DNA from: Centroscyllium fabricii
Taxonomy: Eukaryota
Length of the DNA: 64,000 nucleotides
Assembly (NCBI GenBank): GCA_051313645.2
Contig: JBNRSN020000005.1
Location: 156,426,001-156,490,000 of the forward strand
Direction: 5' to 3'
Shown: piece after piece, positions 23,219 to 36,158 of the stretch
How the letters are laid out: the number at the start of each line of letters is the position of its first letter
Position numbering within the stretch: the first letter of the stretch is position 1
Notes under the pieces: generated by a model
Told to the model about the DNA's origin: nothing
Databases searched by the model: none
The model's input: the letters and a program-made list of their open reading frames with translations, nothing else
Program-made: the position numbers and the translations under genes

Positions 23219-24773
23219 ACTGATAATCTACATCCTAGGGTACTTAAGGAAGTAGCCCTAGAAATAGTGGATACATTGCTGGTCATCTTCCAAAATTCGA
23301 TAGACTCTGGAACAGTTCCCATGGATTGGAGGGTAGCTAAAGTTACTCCACTGTTCAAAAAAGGTGATAGAGAGAAAAGGGGAATTACAGACCTGTAAGC
23401 CTGACATCGGTAGTAGGGAAAATGCTAGAGTCCATTATAAAAGATGTAATAGCAGAGTACTTGGAAAATAGTGACCGGATCGGACAAAATCAACATGGAT
23501 TTGCAAAAGGTAAATTGTGCTTGACTAATCTACTGGAATGCTTTGAGGATGTAACTGGTAAAATAGATAAGGGAGAACCAGTGGATGTGGTGTACTTGGA
23601 CTTTCAGAAGGCTTTCGATAAGGTCACGCATAAGAGATTAGCGTGTAAAGTTAAGGCACGTGGGATTGGGGGCAAGGTATTGACTTGGATAGAGAACTGG
23701 CTGGCAGACAAAAAGAAAAGAATAAACGGCTCTTTTTCCGAGTGGCAGGCAGTGACTAGTGGGGTACCGCAGGGATTGGTCCTTGGACCCCAACTATTCA
23801 CTATATATTAATGATCTGGATGAGGGAACTAGATGTAATATCTCCAAGTTTGCAGATGACACAAAGCTGGGTCGGCGTGTGTGCTGCAAGGAGGATGCCG
23901 AGAAACCCCAGTTTGATTTGGACAAGTTGGGTGATTGGGCAGAAGCATGGCAGATGCAATATAATGTGGATAAATGCAAGGTTATTCACTTTGGTGTCAA
24001 AAACAAGAAGGCAGATTATTATCTGAATGGCAATAGATTGGGAGTAGGGGAAGTGCAACGAGACCTGGGCGTTCTTGTGCACCAGTTGCTGAAGGTAAGC
24101 ATGCAGGTGCAGCAGGCAGTTAAGAAGGCAAATGATATGTTGGCCTTCGGAGCGAGAGGGTTTGAGTACAGGAACAAGGATGTCTTGCTGCAGTTGTACA
24201 GGGCCTTGGTGAGACCGCATCTTGATTATTGTGTGCAGTTTTGGTCGCCTTATCTAAGGAAGGATGTTCTTGCCATTGAAGGAGTGCAGCGAAGATTCAC
24301 CAGGCTGATACCTGAGATGGCAGGAATGACGTATGAGGAGAGATTGGGTCGACTGGGCTTATACTCGCTGGAGTTTAGAAGAATCAGAGGGGATCTCATC
24401 GAAACTTATAACATTCTAATAGGACTAGACAGACTAGATGCAGGAAGGATGTTCCCGATGGCCGGGGTAGTGCAGAACCTGGGGTCACAGTCTAAGGATA
24501 AGGGGTAAGCCATTTAGGACAGAGATGAGGAGGGATTTCTTCACCCAGAGAGTGGTGAACCTGTGGAATTCTCTACCACAGAAGGCCGTAGAGGCCAATT
24601 CATTAAATATATTCAAGAAGGAGTTGGATATATTTCTTAAGGCTAAAGGGATCAAGGGATATGGGGAGAAAGCAGGGACAGGGTAATGAATTTGGCTGAT
24701 CAGCCATGATCTCATTGAATTGCGGAGCAGGCTCGAGGGGCCTACTCCCGCTTCTATCCTCTATGTTTCTATG
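23219..24773 (+). mobile_element. 5'-truncated CR1 LINE, same subfamily as 1-2598
   Basis: Frameshifted RT fragments and TTTCTATG tail. Confidence 0.93.
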
Positions 24774-25411
24774 ATTAACCAAACTTATGTTAACTGGTTT
24801 AAAACTGCTTTGTTACTTGGACTGGCTTGAACTCACTGTTGCTGAATATAGTGACACCACTATCACCGGCCAGAATGGGGATGATTGAGTAATTGTGCGT
24901 CAGTCACGCTTGGAGGCCTGCTGTACTGTAAGTGACTGGGGTTGATTTTACACACCTAATTTGTATTATGTAACTATCCTCCATGCGCTGCATGTTGCAG
25001 GAAAAAAGATCCTGCTTTTATTGGGAGAAGTTGCTGTAGTGTTGATCACAGGTTCTGTTTGCTGTCGTTCGTAGAGACTCTTTAAATAGACTCTGTAGAC
25101 TGTTTGCTGTTGTGCACTGCTTAAATTGACTCTGCTATAACATAGACTATTTGGTGTGAGTCCTGCCAGAGCTCCCGCTTTGCCTCCGACTCATTGGCTA
25201 TCACAGTTGTGTCAATAGATACACTGGTTGCTGCTTGTTTCTTTATCTGGCTATATGTATGGATAATCCTGTTTGGTAGCTTAGTCTGTTTCTAGAATAT
25301 CTAACATGACTGATGGAAATTATATTTTGAGGTTATGTGGTGAAAGTCCTGCATGTAATCCAGAGACACCAAACAAATTTATTGTACACCTAAGGCAGGT
25401 TATCCCATAAT

Positions 25412-26169
25412 GGGCCCTGTTTTCCTGTGCTCCAGAAGAGCTGCACCCCCATGAAGGGGGGTCAGAAATGCCTCGTGGGGGTGCAGCTCGGGTGATTACC
25501 AGAAACGTGAATTTCCTGTGCTGATGGGCAAGGGGCTTCAGCTTCCTTCCCAGGAATACTTTGAGCTGCAGATTTCCTGTGGTAACTGCTCAAAATGCAT
25601 GTGTATCATGTGGGCAAGTCTCTCTTTTGCTGCACATTTAAAAAGCAGTCTTAGAGGGCTGCAGGCAGCTTTGAGAAGTGAAAAAAACACGTTTAACGTT
25701 AATTTTTTTTTGGATTCCTTTGCAGATATTTGTCTTTGGTCTTTCAGCTTGTAAATGGGTAGGGTTTTTTATTTTTTGGTGAAAGTGAAAAAAAAACGGG
25801 TGTTGAACGCGATGTCAGCAGCTCTGATGGCCATCACAACTGCTGACATCGCGTTCGAAACCCGATGTCAAAAAAAAACATAACTTTAAACGTGTTTTTT
25901 TCACTGGAGCAAAAAAAAACCCTAACAGCAGAAAAGGCAGAAACTTTAAAAAAACAGCTTCCAAGAAACTTTAAAAAAAACAAAAAAAAGGTGCTTCCCT
26001 ACCCGATATTCTTTATCCTCTGTGCTTTGTGCGGGGGGAAAGCCGACCTCAGTGGGCGTGGCTTGCACCACGCACCAAAAAAAACCAGACCCCTCCGCTG
26101 GAAAAAAAACTGGCATTTCCCACAGGAAATTGCCGTCAGAAAAAAACGGGCCACAGGAAAACATGGCCC
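25412..26169. mobile_element. Harbinger-type MITE
   Basis: TIRs GGGCCCTGTTTTCCTGTG / CACAGGAAAACATGGCCC; flanks AAT/ATT; long internal palindrome at 25803-25859. Confidence 0.7.
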
Positions 26170-27714
26170 ATTATATTTTGCACGTGGACACACAAGTGTC
26201 AGCCATGGCTCAGTGGTTGTACTCTCGCCTTTGAGTCAGAAGGTTATGGGTTCAAATCCCACTCCAGAGACTAGAGCACAGAAATCGAGACCGACACTCC
26301 AGTGCAATACTGAGGGAGTATGCACCACAGTTCTTAGTTATTAAAAGCCTACCTTTAAGACCTTAAACCTCTCGCTTGGATTATTGATGGCCTATCAGTA
26401 ATATTGTCCACTTGTTCTTTACTCATGCATATGAGAGAGAATAATGAAGGCCATAATGGCTCGGAATTTGCCGTTGTAATGTCCGGAAAACTGTCAGCAT
26501 TCGTCGTCATTACAACTGTGAATCTGACAGCAACTTCTGGCGTCTGCACATACAAGGTTAAACGCTGAAATCCAGAAGTTGTTCTCACTGATTCCTTGCT
26601 CCTCCACAGGCCACACTGTAGGACTCCCTGCAGCCAGTAATCAATTGAAATCATTGAACTGATGAGAATTTCAGCTTTTACATTCTAATGTCGTTGTTAA
26701 AAATCCCTGAAAATGTTAAACCTTGTTCAATGAGGTGTAACTGGGTTTTTAATGGTGTGCTGAGGGAGTACTGCACTGTCGGAGGTTCCAATTTTTGGAT
26801 CTGACATTAAACCGAGGCCGCGTCTGCCCTCTCAGGTGGCACTGTTTCGAAGTTATCCTTGGTGTCCTGGCCAATATTTATCCCTCAATCAACAACACTA
26901 AAAAAACCAGACTATCTGGTCATTATCACATTGCTGTTTGTGGGAGCTTGCTGCGCGCAAATTGGCTGCTGTGTTTCCTACATTACAACAGTGACTACAT
27001 TTCAAAAGTACTTAATTGGCTGTAAAGCGCTTTGGCACGTCATGAGGCCATGAAAGGTGCGATCTTTCTGTCTTTCTTGCACTTAACTTCATAAGAAGTG
27101 TGGGTTTGCTTAGGACAGCTTACTTTTGTGTTGCTGGAGATGCTCGAATGGTAATCAGTCTCTATCATAGAGATACGTTGTAGGGAAACCTTTCAAGGTG
27201 GAAAGATGAAATATGAAAAAGAGAATTGCTGAGTTTCGATGGATGATGGTTGAGAGAGCAGTGTGCAGTAGACCAGAATTGGAAGGGCAGAGGGTGTGGG
27301 ATCGGAGGTAGTGCTGCAAGAGTGAGCTCATGAAGGGTTTCAAAGTCCGAAGGGATGGTGGAACCAATGGACTTTGGCACGGGTTAAGCTGATTTCTAAA
27401 CAGGATTTTGCCCATGATAGCTGGGGGAGATTTGGATGAGTTGGAGGTTATGCAGAGTGTAGTTAAGGGGCCAGCTAAGGGGACATTGGAAAAGTCAAGC
27501 GTGGATGTGATGAGTTATGAATGAGATTTTCATTGGCAGTGAAGGTGAGATAGGGTAAATGTTTTGGATGTGGAAATAGACACACTTGGGGATAACTGGA
27601 TGTGAGGTTTGAAGCTCAACTCAAAGTCAAGCAATATCAAGGAAGGGGATGGGATCGGGTCGGGAGATGAAAGGCATGGAGTTTTGGGAAGGTACTGAAT
27701 TGGTTAACTTCAGC

Positions 27715-28295
27715 ATCCTCAATGTCTTTGTTAGCTCTAGACTTGACTACTCCAATGCACTCCTGGCAGGCCTTCCACATTCTACCTTACGTAAACTTGA
27801 GGTCATCCAAAACTCGGCTGCTTGTGTCCTAACTCGCACCAAGTCCCGTTCATCCCTGTGATTGCTGACCGACATTGGCTCCCAGTTAAGCAAAGCCTGG
27901 ATTTAAAAATTCTCATCATTGTTTTTGAATGCCTCCATGGCCTCGCTCCTCCCTATCTCTGTAAACTTCTCCAGCCCCACAACCCCCCGAGATATCAGCA
28001 CTCCTCTAATTCTAGCCTCTTGCGCATTCCTGATTTTAATCGCTCAACCATTGGTGGCTGTACCTTCAGCAGCCTAGGCCCCAAGCTCTGGAATTCCCTC
28101 CCTAAAACACTCCACCTCTCTCTCTTCCTTTAAGATGCTCCTTAAATCCTACCTCTTTGACCAAGCTTTTGATCTCCTGCCCTAATATCTCCTTATGCGG
28201 CTCGGTGTAAAACTTTGTTTGATAAACTCCTGTGAAGCGCTTTGGGACATTTTACTGTGTTAAAGGCGCTGTAGAAATCCAAGTTGTTGTTGTTG
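27715..28295 (+). mobile_element. L2 LINE 3' end (duplicate at 30662-31242)
   Basis: SRLDYSNALLAGLP...HWLPV...KLWNSLP; (TTG)n tail. Confidence 0.85.
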
Positions 28296-28598
28296 TACTA
28301 ATATTGAGCCCAAGATGTTGATTTATTTACTACTTTATTTTATATTCTTATTTGATTGATGGATGTAAATGTGATGAAAGATGTATGTTCATCAGACTGT
28401 GCTTTTCACCTGGACTTGTCTGTGCTAGGAATGTATGGAACCAGGGGTCATAGTCTGAGGATAAGAGGTAAGTCATTTAGGACAGAGATGAGGAGGAATT
28501 TCTTCACCCAGAGAGTGATGAACCTGTGGAATTCTCTGCCACAGAGGGCGGTGGAGGCTAGTTCATTGAATATATTCAAGAAGGAGCTGGATGTATTT

Positions 28599-29011
28599 AA
28601 ACATAGAAACATAGAAGATAGGAGCAGGAGTAGGCCATTCGGCCCTTCGAGCCATTCAATGAGATCATGGCTGATCATCCAAACCCAGTACCCCGCCCCT
28701 GCCCTCTCCCCATATCCCTCGATCCCTATCGAGCCTACACCGACACATGTCCCATCCTATCCCCGTAACCCCACATATTCAATCCCCCTAACACTAAGGG
28801 TCAATTTATCCTGGCCAATCAACCTAACCCGCACATCTTTGGACTGTGGGAGGAAACCGGAGCACCCGGAGGAAACCCACGCAGACACGGGGAGAATGTG
28901 CAAAATCCACACAGATAGTACCCGAGGCCGGATTTGGACCCGGGTCTCCAGAGCTGTGAGGCAACAGTGCTAACCACTATGCCACCATGCTGCCCTGCCA
29001 CCGTGCCGCCC
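28599..29011 (-). mobile_element. HE1-type V-SINE inserted in a CR1 3' end
   Basis: tRNA-like head GGCGGCACGGTGG..GTGGTTAGCACTG; V domain TTCTCCCCGTGTCTGCGTGGGTTTCCTCCGGGTGCTCCGGTTTCCTCCCACAGTCCAAAGATGTGC; CR1-type tail. Confidence 0.88.
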
Positions 29012-31545
29012 TAAGGCTAGAGGGATCAAGGGATATGGGGAGAAGTCAGGGACAGGGTACTGAGTTTGGATGATCAGCCATGATCTCATTGCATGGCGGA
29101 GCAGGCTCGAGGGGCCGAATGGCCTACTCCTGCTCCTATCTTCTATGTTTCTATGTACCACCCACCTTTGTCTATTGTATATGTCGGGCTCCGCCCTTGT
29201 CTTTTGTTATACGGAGGACTCCAGAGTGGCTTGAGCCATTCGACCTGGAGAACTCAGTGTGGGAACATGCACCACAGTTCTTAGTTATTAAAAGCCTACC
29301 TTTAAGTCCTTAAACCTCTCGCTTGGATTATTGATGGCCTATCAGTAATATTGTCCACTTGTTCTTTACTCATGCATATGAGAGAGAATAATGAAGGCCA
29401 TAATGGCTCGGAATTTGCCGTTGTAATGTCCGGAAAACTGTCAGCATTCGCCGTCATTACAACTGTGAATCTGACAGCAACTTCTGGCGTCTGCACATAC
29501 AAGGTTAAACGCTGAAATCCAGAAGTTGTTGTCACTGATTCCTTGCTCTTCCACAGGCCACACTGTAGGACTCCCTGCAGCCAGTAATCAATTGAAATCA
29601 TTGAACTGATGAAAATTTCAGCTTTTACATTCTAATGTCGTTGTTAAAAATCCCTGAAAATGTTAAACCTTGTTCAATGAGGTGTAACTGGGTTTTTAAT
29701 GGTGTGCTGAGGGAGTACTGCACTGTCGGAGGTTCCAATTTTTGGATCTGACATTAAACCGAGGCCGCGTCTGCCCTCTCAGGTGGCACTGTTTCGAAGT
29801 TATCCTTGGTGTTCTGGCCAATATTTATCCCTCAATCAACAACACTAAAAAAAACAGACTATCTGGTCATTATCACATTGCTGTTTGTGGGAGCTTGCTG
29901 CGCGCAAATTGGCTGCTGTGTTTCCTACATTACAACAGTGACTACATTTCAAAAGTACTTAATTGGCTGTAAAGCGCTTTGGCACGTCATGAGGCCATGA
30001 AAGGTGCGATCTTTCTGTCTTTCTTGCACTTAACTTCATAAGAAGTGTGGGTTTGCTTAGGACAGCTTACTTTTGTGTTGCTGGAGATGCTCGAATGGTA
30101 ATCAGTCTCTATCATAGAGATACGTTGTAGGGAAACCTTTCAAGGTGGAAAGATGAAATATGAAAAAGAGAATTGCTGAGTTTCGATGGATGATGGTTGA
30201 GAGAGCAGTGTGCAGTAGACCAGAATTGGAAGGGCAGAGGGTGTGGGATGGGAGGTAGTGCTGCAAGAGTGAGCTCATGAAGAGTTTCAAAGTCCGAAGG
30301 GATGGTGGAACCAATGGACTTTGGCACGGGTTAAGCTGATTTCTAAACAGGATTTTGCCCATGATAGCTGGGGGAGATTTGGATGAGTTGGAGGTTATGC
30401 AGAGTGTAGTTAAGGGGCCAGCTAAGGGGACATTGGAAAAGTCAAGCGTGGATGTGATGAGTTATGAATGAGATTTTCATTGGCAGTGAAGGTGAGATAG
30501 GGTAAATGTTTTGGATGTGGAAATAGACACACTTGGGGATAACTGGATGTGAGGTTTGAAGCTCAACTCAAAGTCAAGCAATATCAAGGAAGGGGATGGG
30601 ATCGGGTCGGGAGATGAAAGGCATGGAGTTTTGGGAAGGTACTGAATTGGTTAACTTCAGCATCCTCAATGTCTTTGTTAGCTCTAGACTTGACCACTCC
30701 AATGCACTCCTGGCAGGCCTTCCACATTCTACCTTACGTAAACTTGAGGTCATCCAAAACTCGGCTGCTTGTGTCCTAACTCGCACCAAGTCCCGTTCAT
30801 CCCTGTGATTGCTGACCGACATTGGCTCCCAGTTAAGCAAAGCCTGGATTTAAAAATTCTCATCATTGTTTTTGAATGCCTCCATGGCCTCGCTCCTCCC
30901 TATCTCTGTAAACTTCTCCAGCCCCACAACCCCCCGAGATATCAGCACTCCTCTAATTCTAGCCTCTTGCGCATTCCTGATTTTAATCGCTCAACCATTG
31001 GTGGCTGTACCTTCAGCAGCCTAGGCCCCAAGCTCTGGAATTCCCTCCCTAAAACACTCCACCTCTCTCTCTTCCTTTAAGATGCTCCTTAAATCCTACC
31101 TCTTTGACCAAGCTTTTGATCTCCTGCCCTAATATCTCCTTATGCGGCTCGGTGTAAAACTTTGTTTGATAAACTCCTGTGAAGCGCTTTGGGACATTTT
31201 ACTGTGTTAAAGGCGCTGTAGAAATCCAAGTTGTTGTTGTTGTACTAATATTGAGCCCAAGATGTTGATTTATTTACTACTTTATTTTATATTCTTATTT
31301 GATTGATGGATGTAAATGTGATGAAAGATGTATGTTCATCAGACTGTGCTTTTCACCTGGACTTGTCTGTGCTAGGAATGTATGGAACCAGGGGTCATAG
31401 TCTGAGGATAAGAGGTAAGTCATTTAGGACAGAGATGAGGAGGAATTTCTTCACCCAGAGAATGATGAACCTGTGGAATTCTCTGCCACAGAGGGCGGTG
31501 GAGGCTAGTTCATTGAATATATTCAAGAAGGAGCTGGATGTATTT

Positions 31546-31958
31546 AAACATAGAAACATAGAAGATAGGAGCAGGAGTAGGCCATTCGGCCCTTCGAGCC
31601 ATTCAATGAGATCATGGCTGATCATCCAAACCCAGTACCCCGCCCCTGCCCTCTCCCCATATCCCTCGATCCCTATCGAGCCTACACCGACACATGTCCC
31701 ACCCTATCCCCGTAACCCCACATATTCAATCCCCCTAACACTAAGGGTCAATTTATCCTGGCCAATCAACCTAACCCGCACATCTTTGGACTGTGGGAGG
31801 AAACCGGAGCACCCGGAGGAAACCCACGCAGACACGGGGAGAATGTGCAAACTCCACACAGATAGTACCCGAGGCCGGATTTGAACCCGGGTCTCCAGAG
31901 CTGTGAGGCAACAGTGCTAACCACTATGCCACCGTGCTGCCCTGCCACCGTGCCGCCC
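31546..31958 (-). mobile_element. HE1-type V-SINE (duplicate copy)
   Basis: Copy of 28599-29011 at +2947. Confidence 0.88.
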
Positions 31959-32351
31959 TAAGGCTAGAGGGATCAAGGGATATGGGGAGAAGTCAGGGAC
32001 AGGGTACTGAGTTTGGATGATCAGCCATGATCTCATTGCATGGCGGAGCAGGCTCGAGGGGCCGAATGGCCTACTCCTGCTCCTATCTTCTATGTTTCTA
32101 TGTACCACCCACCTTTGTCTATTGTATATGTCGGGCTCCGCCCTTGTCTTTTGTTATACGGAGGACTCCAGGGTGGCTTGAGCCATTCGACCTGGAGAAC
32201 TCAGTGTGGGAACATGCACCACAGTTCTTAGTTATTAAAAGCCTACCTTTAAGTCCTTAAACCTCTCGCTTGGATTATTGATGGCCTATCAGTAATATTG
32301 TCCACTTGTTCTTTACTCATGCATATGAGAGAGAATAATGAAGGCCATAAT

Positions 32352-33287
32352 GGCTCGGAATTTGCCGTTGTAATGTCCGGAAAACTGTCAGCATTCGCCG
32401 TCATTACAACTGTGAATCTGACAGCAACTTCTGGCGTCTGCACATACAAGGTTAAACGCTGAAATCCAGAAGTTGTTGTCACTGATTCCTTGCTCTTCCA
32501 CAGGCCACACTGTAGGACTCCCTGCAGCCAGTAATCAATTGAAATCATTGAACTGATGAAAATTTCAGCTTTTACATTCTAATGTCGTTGTTAAAAATCC
32601 CTGAAAATGTTAAACCTTGTTCAATGAGGTGTAACTGGGTTTTTAATGGTGTGCTGAGGGAGTACTGCACTGTCGGAGGTTCCAATTTTTGGATCTGACA
32701 TTAAACCGAGGCCGCGTCTGCCCTCTCAGGTGGCACTGTTTCGAAGTTATCCTTGGTGTCCTGGCCAATATTTATCCCTCAATCAACAACACTAAAAAAA
32801 AAAAAGATTATCTGGTCATTATCACATTGCTGTTTGTGGGAGCTTGCTGCGCGCAAATTGGCTGCTGTGTTTCCTACATTACAACAGTGACTACATTTTT
32901 GAAAAGTACATAATTGGCTGTAAGGCGCTTTGGCACGTCATGAGGCCATGAAAGGTGCGATCTTTCTGTCTTTCTTGTACTTAACTTCATAAGTGTGGGT
33001 TTGCTTCGGAGAGCTTACTTTTGTGTTGCTGGAGATGCTCGAATGGTAATCAGTCTCTATCATGGAGATACGTTGTAGGGAAACTTGCTGTCTGTGCAAA
33101 TTCTCCAATGTGATTGGCTGTTTAGCCAGCTTGATGACATCACTGTTGCTGGACGCTGGTGTACCCTTACTTGGTGCCAGAATCAAATTAACGTCGGGGA
33201 AGGTGAAATTGACGCAACGGCGCTCGTTAGATCTTTGAGGGTAGCTTTCTTCAAGATCAGCAGCGTCATCACCGCAAAATCCGGGCC
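32352..33287. mobile_element. Harbinger-type MITE, complete only in the third A copy; contains a DeuSINE fragment
   Basis: TIRs GGCTCGGAATTTGC / GCAAAATCCGGGCC; 3-bp TSD AAT. Confidence 0.75.
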
Positions 33288-33778
33288 AATGTCTGTACAT
33301 ACATGCAGGAACAGATGGTCCTGGTGGGATGAACTTCCAGTATAGATTGCTATCCTTAAGACCTCTGAATCCAAACCTCAGAAGGTTTGAGGAATCCTTT
33401 GGTTTTGAATTTCTGCACCTTACTTCCCACAGACAGGTTGTGGCATAACTACAGCAGTTTAACAGAAAACAGATATTGCACTAAAAGGCCACTTGAACTG
33501 ACAAGGAACCTGAAATGTGGGTGACACAATGGTACAATATATTGGAGCAACAGTGTGCAGTGGTGGGAAGCGGGTTTCAATATTCCATTCTCAGTCATGT
33601 CATTGTGGTTGGAGGCAGGGACTCAACTTTCTGGGCCATTCTCATGGACCTATAGGCGTCCATTGGATTTGGTAATTTTCCTACTAGCTTCGCTGCCGGA
33701 CTTGCAGGGTCTGGGGAGAAAATTAACAAAATGCTCAACTGTAAGTGACTCCCCCTCATCTCGCCCCCACGCACACAC

Positions 33779-34044
33779 TGAGATGCCTCAAATCAAAGAC
33801 GGCAGCGAGTTCTTAAATAAGTGGCTTTTATTGACAAGGAACTGAACTGTGTCCCCGATGAGCCTGCCCGGAATGAGAGATAAGTGGGCGGAGCATTCTC
33901 CTTTATACTAGTACCCAGAGGCGGGGTCAGCCGGTACAGGTCCTTACAGAAAGGTACAGATATTAACAGATATATAACAAACACATTAAACAAAACTATA
34001 TACAGTAACCGTACAGTGTGAACCACACCAAAAGGTTCATCACA
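33779..34044 (-). mobile_element. Solo LTR
   Basis: TG...CA ends, TSD CACAC, minus-strand TATAAA and AATAAAAGCC. Confidence 0.82.
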
Positions 34045-34780
34045 CACACATAACATCACCACGAGGTACACTTACTACAGCTAGCCATGTGTCCTAACAT
34101 TTCAGATTTTGAACCATGCTCCTTTTCATACTCCTTAGTAAAACAAGCTCAGCTTTTCACAAGCCATTGGAAAACTGAACTTTGCACTGAATTTTGGTGC
34201 CTCTCTTTTCCCCTTCCATTCTTTCCCTCATTTTTTGTTAAAGTCCTCTATTGTAATAAATGAGGCATCACCCGGACGGCGGAGTTCGAGCACACGGACT
34301 TTATGGTAAACAACAGCACGTGGGAATAGGCTCAGGGCAGCAAGGTACAGACCTCAACACAGTCAAACTTGTTCATACTGCTGAATATTTTTCTTGCATG
34401 TTTACGATGTATAGTGTACACAGAACATTTTACAGATGGAAAACGCTATTGATCTCTCAGAAAATATGCCGACATTAGCCAGCTACAAGCGAGGGAACTG
34501 TCGAATACAGCTTTCAGAAATCTAAATGAAATGCTGCACTGGTTAAAGGGTTGAACCTTGAAAGTTGACCTACTTGGATGAATTATTTTGCTATCAATCT
34601 GTTGCCTTGGAAAATCTTACCTTTTGCACACCTACCTCTTCAGCCAAGCTTTTGGTTACCTGTCCCATTACCTCCTTATGTAGCTTGGTGTCAAATTTTA
34701 ATGCTCCTCTGAAGCACATGGGGACATTTTACTACTTCAAAGGCGCTATATAATTGCAAGTTGTTGCTGTTGTGGTAATA

Positions 34781-35447
34781 CAGGTTGTGCACCATTAATC
34801 CGGCACGGGCGGGACCAGGCCCATGCCGGGAAAGTGAAAAAACCGGGAGAATGAAGTTGGGCAATGCGCATACCATTCAAAATGGCCGTGCGCATGCGTA
34901 CAACATTGGGAATGGCTGGCGAGCGCATGCGCAGATCATCCAATAATGGCCGCCGCAAAGTTTTTTGACGGGCTCAGGCTTTTGTGGCGTTCCGTTTGGC
35001 CTTTAGGGCTGTCGGGCAGCAGTGAAAGGCCGGTCTTGCAGGAGGGGAAGGAGGGTTGTGCGGGCGCGGGTCGGGCCCAGTAGGTCCGCCTTCCCTCACC
35101 ATCGCCTTTGGGGTTGCTGAGCCGGACTCGGGCTGACAGCTGCTGCCTGGTGACTGTCCGCCTCAGTCAAGGGGCTTAGTTGTCGAGAAAATAACCGGCG
35201 GCTGTTTTGAATGATCTGCGCATGCGCTAGCCGTCCGGCGACGCATGCGCAGATCATTCAAAACACCCGCCAGCCATTTTGAATGATCTGCGCATGCGCT
35301 CGCCTTTCGGCGGCACATGCGCAGATCATTCGCCGAAGCCGCGATTGCGGCTGCCATCTTGCGCATGCGCAGTGCAGTCAGGGCAATTTGTGCTGGCAGA
35401 CTGAAGCTGCCGGCGTTTCGGGTCACGGATTTTCGGTGCACAACCTG
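34781..35447. mobile_element. Tigger/pogo-like MITE, CpG-rich
   Basis: TIRs CAGGTTGTGCACC / GGTGCACAACCTG, TA TSD on both sides, internal palindromes. Confidence 0.88.
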
Positions 35448-36158
35448 TAGTTGCTGTGTATCTGCTCAGAATGCATTGATTGCAGAAAGTCCATTACTAT
35501 CTTCAGTAAAGTTCTTCTTACTGTAGGATGATTTATTGCTCTTGCTTAAAGCAGATAGATCATTGTGGTAAGCAGACATTGTCAGTTATAATTAGTGAGA
35601 ATTTTGGATGCCAGCCTATCCAAACAAAATGGATGACTTGTTAGCGGTTTGAAACTGATAAAGCTGACATCTGTGCTGCATTCCTACTGATTTATAAATT
35701 TACACCAGGATCCTGTTTGGAGGAACTTTGGGAACAAGAATGGGCTGTTCCTCTTGTCTTCAAAAATAAGCTACGTTTTAACTGAACTATGTAACCTAGG
35801 CTTGGTGTTGCTCGAATTTTGCTGTTTCAGAAAATGAGCTGGGTATGCCTGTAACTTAATGGGAACAGGCTTGGTTTTAGACAAAGAGACAACAGCCACT
35901 TAGATCAGCCACTGGCGTGAACAATCAATGTTAAGATGCTTGAAAGCAAGAATTAAGCAAGTTTCTGCCCTTTTTTTGTTTGAAATTCACACCCATTATA
36001 TTCTTGACAACAGCCGTGATTATTTGAGTGTAAATTAATTGTGGGTTTTATTTTTTCTTTGTCTGGCTCAAGTTTGCCAGGTTTGAGTTTCAGTTTGAGA
36101 TTTTCTTAACAGCAGCTTAATTGAATTCTGTGTGGTTTGATCCTCTGTTTTATACAGC

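Larger units (their letters stand above)
26320..33084 (+). repeat. Tandem segmental duplication A-B-A-B-A, period 2947 bp
   Basis: A copies at 26320-27189, 29267-30136 and 32214-33084; B copies at 27190-29266 and 30137-32213. The ORF track repeats at +2947. Confidence 0.97.

Noticed and set aside
26197-26320. tRNA gene (A and B boxes)
   Set aside because: tRNA-derived SINE head without a full cloverleaf; the same applies at 4514, 50826, 60487 and the HE1 heads.
28356-28973. 205-aa ORF as a host gene
   Set aside because: Chance read-through across CR1 and antisense SINE pieces; its stop differs in the duplicate copy.
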